This document shows positions 27,920 to 37,068 of a stretch of DNA of 64,000 nucleotides, one piece after another (within the stretch, counting starts at the first letter, position 1; every line of letters begins with the position of its first letter). A program made the position numbers and the translations under genes. The stretch spans positions 35,136-99,135 of the forward strand of contig DITQ01000008.1 of the NCBI GenBank assembly GCA_002422165.1. The letters are read 5' to 3'. This stretch comes from Candidatus Pacebacteria bacterium UBA6180 (GTDB taxonomy: Bacteria; Patescibacteriota; Microgenomatia; UBA1400; PJMF01). The notes beneath the pieces were generated by a model. It worked only from the letters and a program-made list of their open reading frames with translations. It did not search any database and was not told the DNA's origin.

Positions 27920-30772
27920 ATGAAAATCAAAGACTTCAGGCAGACCCCCAATTTCCCAGAGTTAGAGCAAGCGGTGCTCGACTTTTGGGACAAGGACCAA
28001 ACCTTCGAGAAATCGGTGCAGAGCCGCAGCGAAGACCAGGCTTTTTCTTTTTATGATGGGCCGCCTTTTGCCACTGGTCTGCCTCACTATGGTCACCTGA
28101 TGCAATCGATTATCAAGGATTTGATTCCTCGTTACCAAACTATGCTCGGTAAAAGAGTTCGCCGAGTTTGGGGTTGGGACTGTCACGGCTTACCAGTCGA
28201 AAACATTATCGAAAAAGAACTCAAGTTGGATAGCAAAAAAGACATTGAAGGATATGGGGTGGGCAAATTCAACGAAGCTTGCCGCCAAACTGTTTTGACT
28301 TACGCAGAGGAGTGGAAAACGACCATTCGCCGCATCGGTCGCTGGATCGACATGGATCACGCTTACAAAACCATGGACAAAGACTTCATGGAGACCGTTT
28401 GGTGGGTTTTCCGCCAGCTTTGGGACAAGGGTCTGATCTACAAAAGCCACAAATCGATGCACATTTGCCCGCGTTGCGGCACACCTCTGTCCAACTTCGA
28501 GGTTACTCAGGGTTATAAAGATGTCAAAGACATCTCCGTTTTTGCCAAATTTGAACTACAGGGCGCGGCTAAGCAGCTTGGCGTGGAAACCAATGAGAAA
28601 ATTTATGCTGTCGCCTGGACGACCACGCCTTGGACTTTGCCAGGAAACGTTTTGCTGGCTGTTGGCCCAGCGCTCGAGTATGTCTTAGTCAAAATTGCGG
28701 ATGAAGAAGGTCTAGTGGTGGTGGCCAAAAATCGCCTCGCTGAGGTAATTGCTGATCGAGATTTTGAGTTAGTCAGTGAAGATTTTCTCGGTGCCAAGCT
28801 GGCTGGTTTGACTTACACGCCAGTTTTTCCATATTTTGCCTCGTGGCAGAAGGCTTTTCGGGTAGTGACGGGTGACTTTGTTACTCTAGAAGATGGCGCT
28901 GGCATTGTGCACATCGCGCCAGCTTTTGGCGAGGACGATTATAATCTCGGCAAAGCCGAGGGTATCGAACTGCTCCAGCACGTCGGTATGGATGGCCGCT
29001 TTACTGAGGCAGTCACAGATTTTGCCGGCTTAGAAGTCAAACCCAAAGATACCCCACAGACGACTGATATCGAAATTATTAAATACTTAGCGGCTCATGG
29101 CAGCCTTTTCGCCAAAAAGAAAATTGAACACAGTTATCCACATTGCTGGCGTTGTGATACACCCCTACTTAACTACGCCACAGACAGTTGGTACGTCAAG
29201 GTTAGCTCCTTCAAGAAACAGTTGCTCGCCAACAACGAAAAAATCAATTGGCAGCCCGACCATATTAAACACGGCCGCTTCGGCAAATGGCTGGAGGGCG
29301 CGCGCGACTGGGCTATTTCGCGCAATCGCTACTGGGGCACGCCTCTGCCCATCTGGGAAAGTGAGCGTGGCGACTTCATTTGTGTTGGTTCAGTCGAAGA
29401 ACTAGAGCAACTCTCTGGTCAAAAAGTCACTGATTTGCACAAGCACATTGTCGATGAGATTTCCTTCGTCAAAGATGGTCAGACCTATCGCCACATTCCA
29501 GAAGTTTTGGATTGTTGGTTTGAGTCGGGGTCGATGCCATATGGCGAACTGCATTATCCCTTTGCCAATCAGGACTTTTTCAAGCGCTCTTTCCCTGCAG
29601 ACTTCATTTCGGAGGGTCAGGATCAGACGCGCGGCTGGTTTTACACTTTGCACGTCTTAGCGACGGCTTTGACCTTGGGCGAGGAAAAAGAAACTAGTTC
29701 CTTCAAAAACGTCATGTGTACTGGTTTAATCATGGCTTCGGATGGCAAAAAGATGAGCAAGCGCCTCAAGAACTATCCAGAGCCAGGAGCGATTTTGGAA
29801 GCTTACGGGGCGGATGCCTTGCGCCTCTACATGATGTCTTCGCCAGCAGTCAAAGCGGAAACCCTTAATTTTGCCGAAACGGACGTGGCCAATTTGCGCC
29901 GCCGAGTTTTTGTGATCTGGTGGAATGTGCTGGCTTTTTATAAGTCTTTTGCTGATCAAGAAGCAGGCTTTTTTGATCTTGAAAGCGGCAAGCTGCCCAG
30001 CAACTTGCTTGATCGCTTCATGCTGAGTCGCTTGCAAGGCTTGGTCAAAGAATTGCGCCAGCATCTCGATGCTTACGATGTGATGAAGGCAAGTCGCTTG
30101 CTGGCACCATTTATTGATGAATTGTCGACCTGGTATTTGCGCCTGAGTCGCGAGCGCCTCAAAGCGAGCGACAATAAAGAAGTTAGTCAAGTTTTTGCTA
30201 CCCTGATCTATGAGTTGGCCAAGGCTTTTGCACCAGTGGTGCCATTTTTTACTGAAGTCATCCATCACAACATGGTCGACGAGCACAGCTCGATTCACCT
30301 GGAGAGCTTCCCAGAGTACCGCGGCAACCTGCAAGATTTAGAGCTAGAGCAGGCCATGCAAACCATGCGCCAGATCGTCGAACTAGCCCACGCCAAGCGT
30401 AAAACTGCAGGAGTCAAGGCCCGCCAGCCACTCGCCAGCCTGACTGTTCAGGGTGTGGCGCGCTCGGTTTATCGGGCAGAGTTGACTGCGTTGCTTGAAA
30501 TGGAGCTTAATGTCAAAGAGGTCCTGTGGCAAGAAGCTGAGGGTAATCTGGAGGTTATTTTCGACTTCGCTCTGACGCCGGCTTTAGAGGCGGAGGGTAA
30601 AGCTCGCGATTTGATTCGCCAGATTCAGGACTTGCGCAAGGAGGCTAAGTTGGCATTAGATGAGCTGGTGCAGATGCAATTACCGGCTTGGCCAGAGGCG
30701 TGGCAAGAAGAGATTGAGAGCAAGACCAACACGAATTTGGTCAAGGGTGAAGAAGTGATGCTGTTAACTTAA
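27920..30772 (+). CDS. ileS: Isoleucyl-tRNA synthetase type 2
   Basis: DGPPFATGLPHYGH, WTTTPWTLP, DWAISRNRYWG and KMSKR. Confidence 0.97.
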   Translation: MKIKDFRQTPNFPELEQAVLDFWDKDQTFEKSVQSRSEDQAFSFYDGPPFATGLPHYGHLMQSIIKDLIPRYQTMLGKRVRRVWGWDCHGLPVENIIEKELKLDSKKDIEGYGVGKFNEACRQTVLTYAEEWKTTIRRIGRWIDMDHAYKTMDKDFMETVWWVFRQLWDKGLIYKSHKSMHICPRCGTPLSNFEVTQGYKDVKDISVFAKFELQGAAKQLGVETNEKIYAVAWTTTPWTLPGNVLLAVGPALEYVLVKIADEEGLVVVAKNRLAEVIADRDFELVSEDFLGAKLAGLTYTPVFPYFASWQKAFRVVTGDFVTLEDGAGIVHIAPAFGEDDYNLGKAEGIELLQHVGMDGRFTEAVTDFAGLEVKPKDTPQTTDIEIIKYLAAHGSLFAKKKIEHSYPHCWRCDTPLLNYATDSWYVKVSSFKKQLLANNEKINWQPDHIKHGRFGKWLEGARDWAISRNRYWGTPLPIWESERGDFICVGSVEELEQLSGQKVTDLHKHIVDEISFVKDGQTYRHIPEVLDCWFESGSMPYGELHYPFANQDFFKRSFPADFISEGQDQTRGWFYTLHVLATALTLGEEKETSSFKNVMCTGLIMASDGKKMSKRLKNYPEPGAILEAYGADALRLYMMSSPAVKAETLNFAETDVANLRRRVFVIWWNVLAFYKSFADQEAGFFDLESGKLPSNLLDRFMLSRLQGLVKELRQHLDAYDVMKASRLLAPFIDELSTWYLRLSRERLKASDNKEVSQVFATLIYELAKAFAPVVPFFTEVIHHNMVDEHSSIHLESFPEYRGNLQDLELEQAMQTMRQIVELAHAKRKTAGVKARQPLASLTVQGVARSVYRAELTALLEMELNVKEVLWQEAEGNLEVIFDFALTPALEAEGKARDLIRQIQDLRKEAKLALDELVQMQLPAWPEAWQEEIESKTNTNLVKGEEVMLLT

Positions 30773-30788
30773 GCTAAGAAAGGTAAAG

Positions 30789-31124
30789 ATGGCAACTTAC
30801 GAAGATTTTGTGAAATTAGATATCAGAGTTGGACAAATTGTGGCGGTTGAGGATTTTCCAGAGGCCCGTAAGCCAGCTTACAAATTGACCATCGATTTTG
30901 GTCGGGAAATTGGCCAGAAGAGATCGAGCGCGCAGTTGGTCAAGCATTACAGTAAAGAACAGCTACAAGGCAAACTGGTGCTGGGGGTAGTCAATTTTCC
31001 ACCGCGCCAGATTGGACCTTTTGTTTCGGAGGTGTTGACCCTGGGCGTGCCCGATGCCGATGGTGAGTGTGTGCTGATTACTCCAGATAAACAGCAGGCA
31101 GTGGTGGGTGGTAAACTGTTTTAA
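30789..31124 (+). CDS. csaA: tRNA-binding OB-fold protein CsaA
   Basis: LDIRVG, RKPAYKL.IDFG, SSAQ and VNFPPRQIG...SEVL.LG. Confidence 0.9.
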   Translation: MATYEDFVKLDIRVGQIVAVEDFPEARKPAYKLTIDFGREIGQKRSSAQLVKHYSKEQLQGKLVLGVVNFPPRQIGPFVSEVLTLGVPDADGECVLITPDKQQAVVGGKLF

Positions 31125-31140
31125 TAGGTCATCGAAAACC

Positions 31141-32235
31141 ATGCGCAAATACTTTTTGCCAGCAACTTTGTTTCTTTTTGCTTTGTTGTCTTTGACTACT
31201 TTGCGCAGCATAGTGCCAGATCTGCTATACAAGCAGGCAATTGCTTTTGGCTTGGCCTTTATTTTGTTTTTCTTGACCTGCCAATTGCCTTTTAAATTGC
31301 ACCTGCAGATGAGCAAATGGCTTTATTTGGGTCTGAATTTAATTTTGCTTGGACTTTTAATCTACGGTTCAGTGACCAGAGGAATTTCTGCTTGGATTAC
31401 TCTGCCTTTTGGTTTTAAGTTTCAGCCTTCACAGTTCGCGATTCCAATTGTCGCTTTATACTTGGCGAATTTTTTTGGTAAGGCCAAGCGCTTCAGCTGG
31501 TTTTCATTAGGGCAAACTTTAGCGATCATTGTTTTGCCCTTTTTGCTAATTTTAGTGCAACCTGATTTTGGCACAGCCATAGTGTATTTGGCGGCGCTAG
31601 CGGTCTTCATACTTTTTAACCACTTGAGCTTCAGGCAGTTTTTATTGCTTGTTTTAGCGGCGCTTCTGTCCTTGATGTTCTTGTGGACAGTGATTTTCAA
31701 AGACTATCAGCGTAGCCGAATTATGGGCTTTTTACACTTACAACAAGGACAAGTGACGCAGCAGAGCGCCCAGACAGAAAGCAGTAGTGCCTACAATGCT
31801 CGCCAGGCCTTGATTGCGGTTGGCAGCGGTCAGTTTTGGGGGCGTGGAATTGGTCAGGGAGTGCAATCGCACTTGCGTTTCTTGCCGGAGCGCCAGACGG
31901 ACTTTATTTTTGCTTCTTTTGTCGAGGAATGGGGTTTTGTCGGCGCGGCCTTCTTACTTGGTTTGTACTTTGCACTGATCCTTTTCCTCTGGCATTTTGC
32001 TTGGTTGGCGCAAGCTTTTCGTGAACAACTGTACATTTTGGCGACGCTGGTGATGTTTCTGGTGCAAATTTTTATCAACGTGGGGATGAACCTGGCGATT
32101 TTACCGATCACCGGCATCACGCTACCTTTCCTCTCCTATGGTGGAAGCAGCGTCTTGGCACTTTTTTACGCATTGGGGGTGGTGCAAGCCATCGTGGCGA
32201 CCTTGCCCAAGAAAGCGACTTGGAGCTTTTATTAA
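31141..32235 (+). CDS. rodA: SEDS protein RodA
   Basis: FQPS, QPDFGTA, FLPERQTDFIF and GITLPFLSYGGSS. Confidence 0.9.
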   Translation: MRKYFLPATLFLFALLSLTTLRSIVPDLLYKQAIAFGLAFILFFLTCQLPFKLHLQMSKWLYLGLNLILLGLLIYGSVTRGISAWITLPFGFKFQPSQFAIPIVALYLANFFGKAKRFSWFSLGQTLAIIVLPFLLILVQPDFGTAIVYLAALAVFILFNHLSFRQFLLLVLAALLSLMFLWTVIFKDYQRSRIMGFLHLQQGQVTQQSAQTESSSAYNARQALIAVGSGQFWGRGIGQGVQSHLRFLPERQTDFIFASFVEEWGFVGAAFLLGLYFALILFLWHFAWLAQAFREQLYILATLVMFLVQIFINVGMNLAILPITGITLPFLSYGGSSVLALFYALGVVQAIVATLPKKATWSFY

Positions 32236-32266
32236 CTCTAGAGTTCTGATATAATCCTCTTTCGTT

Positions 32267-32581
32267 ATGTCAAAGTACGCCGTTATCCAATTACAAGGTA
32301 AACAATATCAAGTCCAGGAGGGCGATGAGTTTTTGGTCGATCAGCTGGGTCAAGATGCTGGCAGTAAGTTCGACGTCACTGATGTTTTGCTCTTGGTCGA
32401 TGGTGAAAAGAAAAAAATTGGCCAGCCTCTAGTCGCTGGTTCTAAGGTTTCCTGTGAATTAATTTCCAACCAAAAAGGCGAGAAGATTCGCGTCGCCAAA
32501 TACAAGTCTAAATCTCGATATCGCAAGGTGCATGGGCATCGCCAGTATCAGAGCACGGTCAAGGTCTTAAGCATCGCTTAA
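32267..32581 (+). CDS. rplU: 50S ribosomal protein L21
   Basis: YAVIQLQGKQY.V and GHRQ. Confidence 0.97.
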   Translation: MSKYAVIQLQGKQYQVQEGDEFLVDQLGQDAGSKFDVTDVLLLVDGEKKKIGQPLVAGSKVSCELISNQKGEKIRVAKYKSKSRYRKVHGHRQYQSTVKVLSIA

Positions 32582-32606
32582 GAATTCTAGCCGAGCTAAG
32601 TCCGCC

Positions 32607-33770
32607 ATGAACTCACTGTCTAAATTTCTCGTTTTGTTTGGTAACACCACCCTCTTGTCCAAACTAGAGTTTGAGTCTCTGTACCCTACTTTGTCATTGA
32701 CTAAACTCGACGAACATCTCTACTCTTTCGAGAGTGAAACTGATTTGTCAACTGAGATGATGGAGGTTCTTGGTGGCACAGTCAAAATTTTTGGGGTGGT
32801 CAAGGAATTTGAATCAAATATCGCCGATGAGACTTTGATCGAAGAAATTGTCGCCTTGCTTTTGAGTCAGACTGATGAGCCTTATTTTACTTTCAGTCAA
32901 ACTGGCAAAGGACAGCGCGAAATTAGCAACGCTGATATCAAGGATTTAATCAAAGAAAATGGCAAAAAAGCTCGCTATTTCTCTGGCGAGCTCAGCGAAA
33001 GCGCTTTACTCTCGCACAAGAGTAAAGCCACGGAGCTGCTCAGCTTCAACGATAAAGTCAGTGGCAAATTGATTTTGGCCCAACTGCGCGTCGTTCAAGA
33101 CATCGATGATTGGACCAAGCGTGATCGCAATAAGCCCTACGCTGACCGTAAAAAAGGTATGTTGCCGCCAAAAGTGGCGAGAATGATGGTTAATATCGCT
33201 TCTGGTTTATGGCAGCAAAAAAATGAAGCCAAACCTCTTCTTTATGATCCCTTCTGCGGCACTGGCACGGTCTTACTCGAAGCAGGCATGCGCGACCTGG
33301 ATGTCTACGGTTCCGACATTGACCAAAATGCAGTTTTTGGTAGTCGCGACAACCTCGAGTGGTTTAAGCAGGAATATGGCAAGCAAATTGAGAGCAAAGT
33401 TTTTTACATGGATGCTGGTCACCTCGACCTAGCAACTTTTACCAGCAAGGTTGACCTCTTGGTCACTGAGCCTTTTCTCGGCAAGCAAACCCCGCGTGAC
33501 AGCGAGCTAGCCAATGTTTTCAAAGGTTTAGAGAAAATGTACTTGGGCTCTTTCAAGTCCTTCACCAAAGTTCTAAGTGACGGTGCGGTAGTGGCCATTG
33601 TTTTCCCAAGAGTCAGCACCGCCAAAAGAACTTATTCACTCGACAGTTTAATTGACAAATTAAAGACAAAAGGATACAATCTTGTGGTCGATCCGGTCCT
33701 CTACGCTCGAGAAGGAGCGCGAGTTGCTAGACAAATTTGTTTGTTTAGTTTCCATTCGTCAATCAAGTAA
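32607..33770 (+). CDS. SAM-dependent RNA methyltransferase, Trm11/TrmG10-like
   Basis: GMLPPKVARMMVN, YDPFCGTGTVLLEA, G.DID and VTEPFLG motifs. Confidence 0.75.
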   Translation: MNSLSKFLVLFGNTTLLSKLEFESLYPTLSLTKLDEHLYSFESETDLSTEMMEVLGGTVKIFGVVKEFESNIADETLIEEIVALLLSQTDEPYFTFSQTGKGQREISNADIKDLIKENGKKARYFSGELSESALLSHKSKATELLSFNDKVSGKLILAQLRVVQDIDDWTKRDRNKPYADRKKGMLPPKVARMMVNIASGLWQQKNEAKPLLYDPFCGTGTVLLEAGMRDLDVYGSDIDQNAVFGSRDNLEWFKQEYGKQIESKVFYMDAGHLDLATFTSKVDLLVTEPFLGKQTPRDSELANVFKGLEKMYLGSFKSFTKVLSDGAVVAIVFPRVSTAKRTYSLDSLIDKLKTKGYNLVVDPVLYAREGARVARQICLFSFHSSIK

Positions 33771-33786
33771 AATTTAGGAAATACAT

Positions 33787-34044
33787 ATGGCACACGTCAA
33801 AGGTTCAGGTAGCGTTAATCAACACGCCCAAGGTAAAAGACACGGTAAGCGTTTCGGCGTCAAAAAATACGCTGGTGAAAAAATCGCTGTCGGTCAAATC
33901 ATCGTTCGCCAAAAAGGCGCCAAGTACAAAGCCGGTCACGGTGTTAAATTTGGTCACGATTGGACCGTATTCTCCATGATTGATGGTGTCGTCAAATTCA
34001 GCAAGAAATTTGGCAAGACTGTGGTGAATGTGGTGAAGGGGTAA
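33787..34044 (+). CDS. rpmA: 50S ribosomal protein L27
   Basis: MAHVKG.GS, KRFGVK and G.IIVRQ.G. Confidence 0.97.
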   Translation: MAHVKGSGSVNQHAQGKRHGKRFGVKKYAGEKIAVGQIIVRQKGAKYKAGHGVKFGHDWTVFSMIDGVVKFSKKFGKTVVNVVKG

Positions 34045-34070
34045 AATAGCAGCATTTCAGATTAAATTAG

Positions 34071-34107
34071 AAATCCTCAGTTAAAAACTGAGGATTTTTT
34101 GTTTTTT
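34071..34107 (+). terminator. Intrinsic terminator after rpmA
   Basis: AAATCCTCAGTT-AAA-AACTGAGGATTT followed by a T-tract. Confidence 0.85.
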
Positions 34108-34118
34108 CCCGTGAAAAA
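34103..34118. promoter_or_regulatory. parS-like site directly upstream of parB
   Basis: TTTTTCCCGTGAAAAA, 1 mismatch from TTTTTCACGTGAAAAA, 29 nt before the parB ATG. Confidence 0.5.
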
Positions 34119-34147
34119 TTTGATCCATTGTGTTATACATAAAGTAT

Positions 34148-34972
34148 ATGTCGCTCAACGTCCAAAAACTCGCTATCAATTATCTACAACCCAACCCTTT
34201 CCAGCCAAGAGATAAAGTCAAAAAGGAAGACATTGCCGAACTAGTCGAGTCGATTCGTATCCACGGTATTCTCGAGCCGCTGGTTATCGCAGAAACTCCG
34301 GCTGGTTTTCAGATTATTGCTGGCGAGAGACGCTGGCGAGCAGCCAAGATTTTAGGCTTGCCAGAAGTGCCAGTTTACATCAAGAAAACCAGTCCCCAGG
34401 GAATGTTGGAGATGGCCATCGTTGAAAATGTCCAGCGCCACGACCTCAATCCAATCGAGCGTGCCCAATCTTTTCAGCGTTTGCAGCGAGAATTTGGCTT
34501 GTCTACCACTGACGTTGCCAAGCGCATTGGCAAATCACCTGCTTACATTAGCAACAGTTTTAAGCTCTTGACCTTGCCAGATGCCATCAGCGATGGTCTG
34601 CTCAGTGAACAAATTAGTGAAGGTCACGCCAGAGCCCTGGCTAGTATTGGTTCACCAGAGGCGATGATTGCTTGTTACAAAATGGTGCTCAAGGAAAATG
34701 CCTCGGTGCGGCGCACGGAAGAATTGGTTAGGCGATTCAAGAACAACGAGCTCACCACTAGCAAAAAAGACGAGGGTCGTGGTCGCCCACTCAATCAAGA
34801 TGAGCAGCAGGTAGCGGTCTGGGAAAATAAGCTCAAGGAATACTTCAAAAACCAAGCCAGCCTCAAAGTCATTCGCTCGCGCAAACAAACTAAGATCACC
34901 ATTACTTTAACCGGCTCACCAGACAAAACTCAGGAGGATTTAGAAAAGCTGATGAAAATTGCCAAAAGCTAA
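34148..34972 (+). CDS. parB: Chromosome partitioning protein ParB
   Basis: NPFQPR, IIAGERRWRAA, EN.QR.DLNPIE and HTH...GHARAL. Confidence 0.95.
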   Translation: MSLNVQKLAINYLQPNPFQPRDKVKKEDIAELVESIRIHGILEPLVIAETPAGFQIIAGERRWRAAKILGLPEVPVYIKKTSPQGMLEMAIVENVQRHDLNPIERAQSFQRLQREFGLSTTDVAKRIGKSPAYISNSFKLLTLPDAISDGLLSEQISEGHARALASIGSPEAMIACYKMVLKENASVRRTEELVRRFKNNELTTSKKDEGRGRPLNQDEQQVAVWENKLKEYFKNQASLKVIRSRKQTKITITLTGSPDKTQEDLEKLMKIAKS

Positions 34973-34991
34973 ACTGAGGTCTTTTCCAAAC

Positions 34992-36755
34992 TTATTTATC
35001 CGGCGTAATATTCAAGAGAATCATTAATTTGTCAGCGACGCGATACCAGAGCGGTGCGGCAGTTTCGGCGGCCCAAGGGCTGGATTTAGTGTTTTCTAGT
35101 TTGACCAACATGGTGAAGCGCGGATTGCTAGCTGGGGCAAAACCTATGAAGCTAGCAATGGTCTCGTCTTGTTTATAACCACCATTTGGGTCTGGCACCT
35201 GCGAAGTGCCGGTTTTGGCGGCGACTGTGTACTTATCGGAAGCAATCCACTGGGCTTCGCCGTGGGCGGCGGCCTCTACCATCATTTCAGTGACGGTGGC
35301 CGCCGCCTCTCTAGAAATGATTTGCTCACCAGCCTTGACTTGGCTGACTATTTCTTGGCCAGTCTGCTGGTCGAGGACTTTTTCGATAATCAGTGGTTCA
35401 AGCATTTGTCCGCCATGAGCGATGACGTTGACAGCACGCAGCAGCTCCAAGCTGTTGGTGCTGATGCCTTGGCCAAAAGATATGGTGGCGGTTTCCACAG
35501 GACCAATTTTGCTTGGGAAAGGCGTGCGTGCGTCGTCTTGCAGGTCGAGATCAATTTGTTGACCGATACCAAATTTCTTGAGATAACTGACGAAGCGCTC
35601 AGTGCCGAGGAGATCGCTGATGAAAATCATGGCGGTATTATCAGACTTGGCTAGGGCGTCAGTCATCGAAATGTTGGGGTGATAGACGTCATTCCAAGTT
35701 TTGATTGAGTATTTGCCGATCTGTCGTGGTCCACTGCAGCGCGTACAAACTGTATTTGGGCTAATAACTTGACTATCGATACCAGCAGCCACAGTCAAAG
35801 TCTTAAAAGTCGAGCCTGGTTCATACAATCTAGTTAGGCTAGGGTTTTTGAGAATTTCGCCAGAATATTTGAAATATTGCCACTGTTGGTAATTGGGCCA
35901 GGCTGCCAAAGCTAAAATTTTACCAGTTTGACTATCTAGAATAATAATTTCACCGCGATCTGCCTGATAGCGTTCTATCCCCCACTTCAGATTTTGTTCG
36001 GCTAGGTGTTGGACGTCACGGCGAATGGTTAGAGTGACGTCGCGACCATTAAGGTTCTTGCTTTCATATTTCTGTCCAGCCAAGAGAAAACCCAGCGCAT
36101 CCATACGCAACCACTTGCTTTCTTGGCGAGCTTTTAGTTCATCTTCCAGAGCACCTTCGATACCATAACGACCAATTTCGTTGGCGTTTTCGTCTCGGCC
36201 GACGAAGCCAGTCAGGTGAGCAGCCATGGAAGCTTCTGGATAGAAGCGTTGGTAAGCCTCGTCGAAGTAAAGGTAAGGATTAGCCAGAGTTTCTATAGCA
36301 AGTTTTTGCTCGAGGCTTAGTTTATCGAGTAATTTAGGCCAGTTGCCACGACTATTAAATTTAGCGAGAATTTCTTCTCGCAGGGTTTCTCTGAACAGCA
36401 ATTGTTCTTCTTTGCCAAATAAATTTAGCTCCTGAAAACGTTGAGGGCTAACCAGTTCAGCCAGGCGTCCTGCCAGAGAGAGGGTGTCGCCTTGAAAATT
36501 TTTTTTATCTAATTTGAGCTCATAAACTTTTTGGTTGCCGACCAGAAGTGATCCGTCGCTGGTGAAAATTTGACCTCGTAGACCTTGATGGTCGAGTTTA
36601 CGCAAAGTTTGGGATTCCGAAGCTTCCTTGAGATTTTGTCCCATGATCACTTGCCAATAAAAAAGTCTGCCCAAGATGACAATCAAGCCTAAATAAAAAA
36701 ACAAGATAAATAATCTGCTGCGACGGCGATCAAATTGTTCTTCTGCTTCTCTCAT
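34992..36755 (-). CDS. ftsI: Class B penicillin-binding protein (FtsI-like)
   Basis: EPGSTFK (SxxK), SDN (SxN) and KTGT intact; follows mraZ-rsmH-ftsL. Confidence 0.9.
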   Translation of the reverse strand: MREAEEQFDRRRSRLFILFFYLGLIVILGRLFYWQVIMGQNLKEASESQTLRKLDHQGLRGQIFTSDGSLLVGNQKVYELKLDKKNFQGDTLSLAGRLAELVSPQRFQELNLFGKEEQLLFRETLREEILAKFNSRGNWPKLLDKLSLEQKLAIETLANPYLYFDEAYQRFYPEASMAAHLTGFVGRDENANEIGRYGIEGALEDELKARQESKWLRMDALGFLLAGQKYESKNLNGRDVTLTIRRDVQHLAEQNLKWGIERYQADRGEIIILDSQTGKILALAAWPNYQQWQYFKYSGEILKNPSLTRLYEPGSTFKTLTVAAGIDSQVISPNTVCTRCSGPRQIGKYSIKTWNDVYHPNISMTDALAKSDNTAMIFISDLLGTERFVSYLKKFGIGQQIDLDLQDDARTPFPSKIGPVETATISFGQGISTNSLELLRAVNVIAHGGQMLEPLIIEKVLDQQTGQEIVSQVKAGEQIISREAAATVTEMMVEAAAHGEAQWIASDKYTVAAKTGTSQVPDPNGGYKQDETIASFIGFAPASNPRFTMLVKLENTKSSPWAAETAAPLWYRVADKLMILLNITPDK

Positions 36756-36759
36756 GTTA

Positions 36760-37053
36760 TTAAGGTGTGAGGTCTAAGGCTAAGCTGGAAGATGCTCTTT
36801 GCACTACCACTACCTTAGAAATGCTGATATAGCCGTCCTCTTCTGTCTTACTAAGTGATTGCAAAGCTGTTTTCTCGGCTAATTGTTTGCTTCGTAGGAT
36901 TTGTTCTGCCTCTAGTGCAGCTTTCTTATTTTCTAGTAAGCTAATTCGCTGACCGTAACCAATGTTTTGACTGAGAGTAAAAACCGTGCTGAGTAATTGT
37001 AGGCACAGAGCAAAACTTAAAATTGCGTAGTAGATGGTGGTCTTTTTTTTCAT
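36760..37053 (-). CDS. FtsL-like small bitopic protein
   Basis: TM plus coiled coil; sits between rsmH and ftsI. Confidence 0.65.
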   Translation of the reverse strand: MKKKTTIYYAILSFALCLQLLSTVFTLSQNIGYGQRISLLENKKAALEAEQILRSKQLAEKTALQSLSKTEEDGYISISKVVVVQRASSSLALDLTP

Positions 37054-37068
37054 TTGTTTTCTAGATTT

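Noticed and set aside
34121-34130. TGATCCATTG, identical to part of the structured element
   Set aside because: No flanking stems or other conserved blocks; probably a chance 10-mer.
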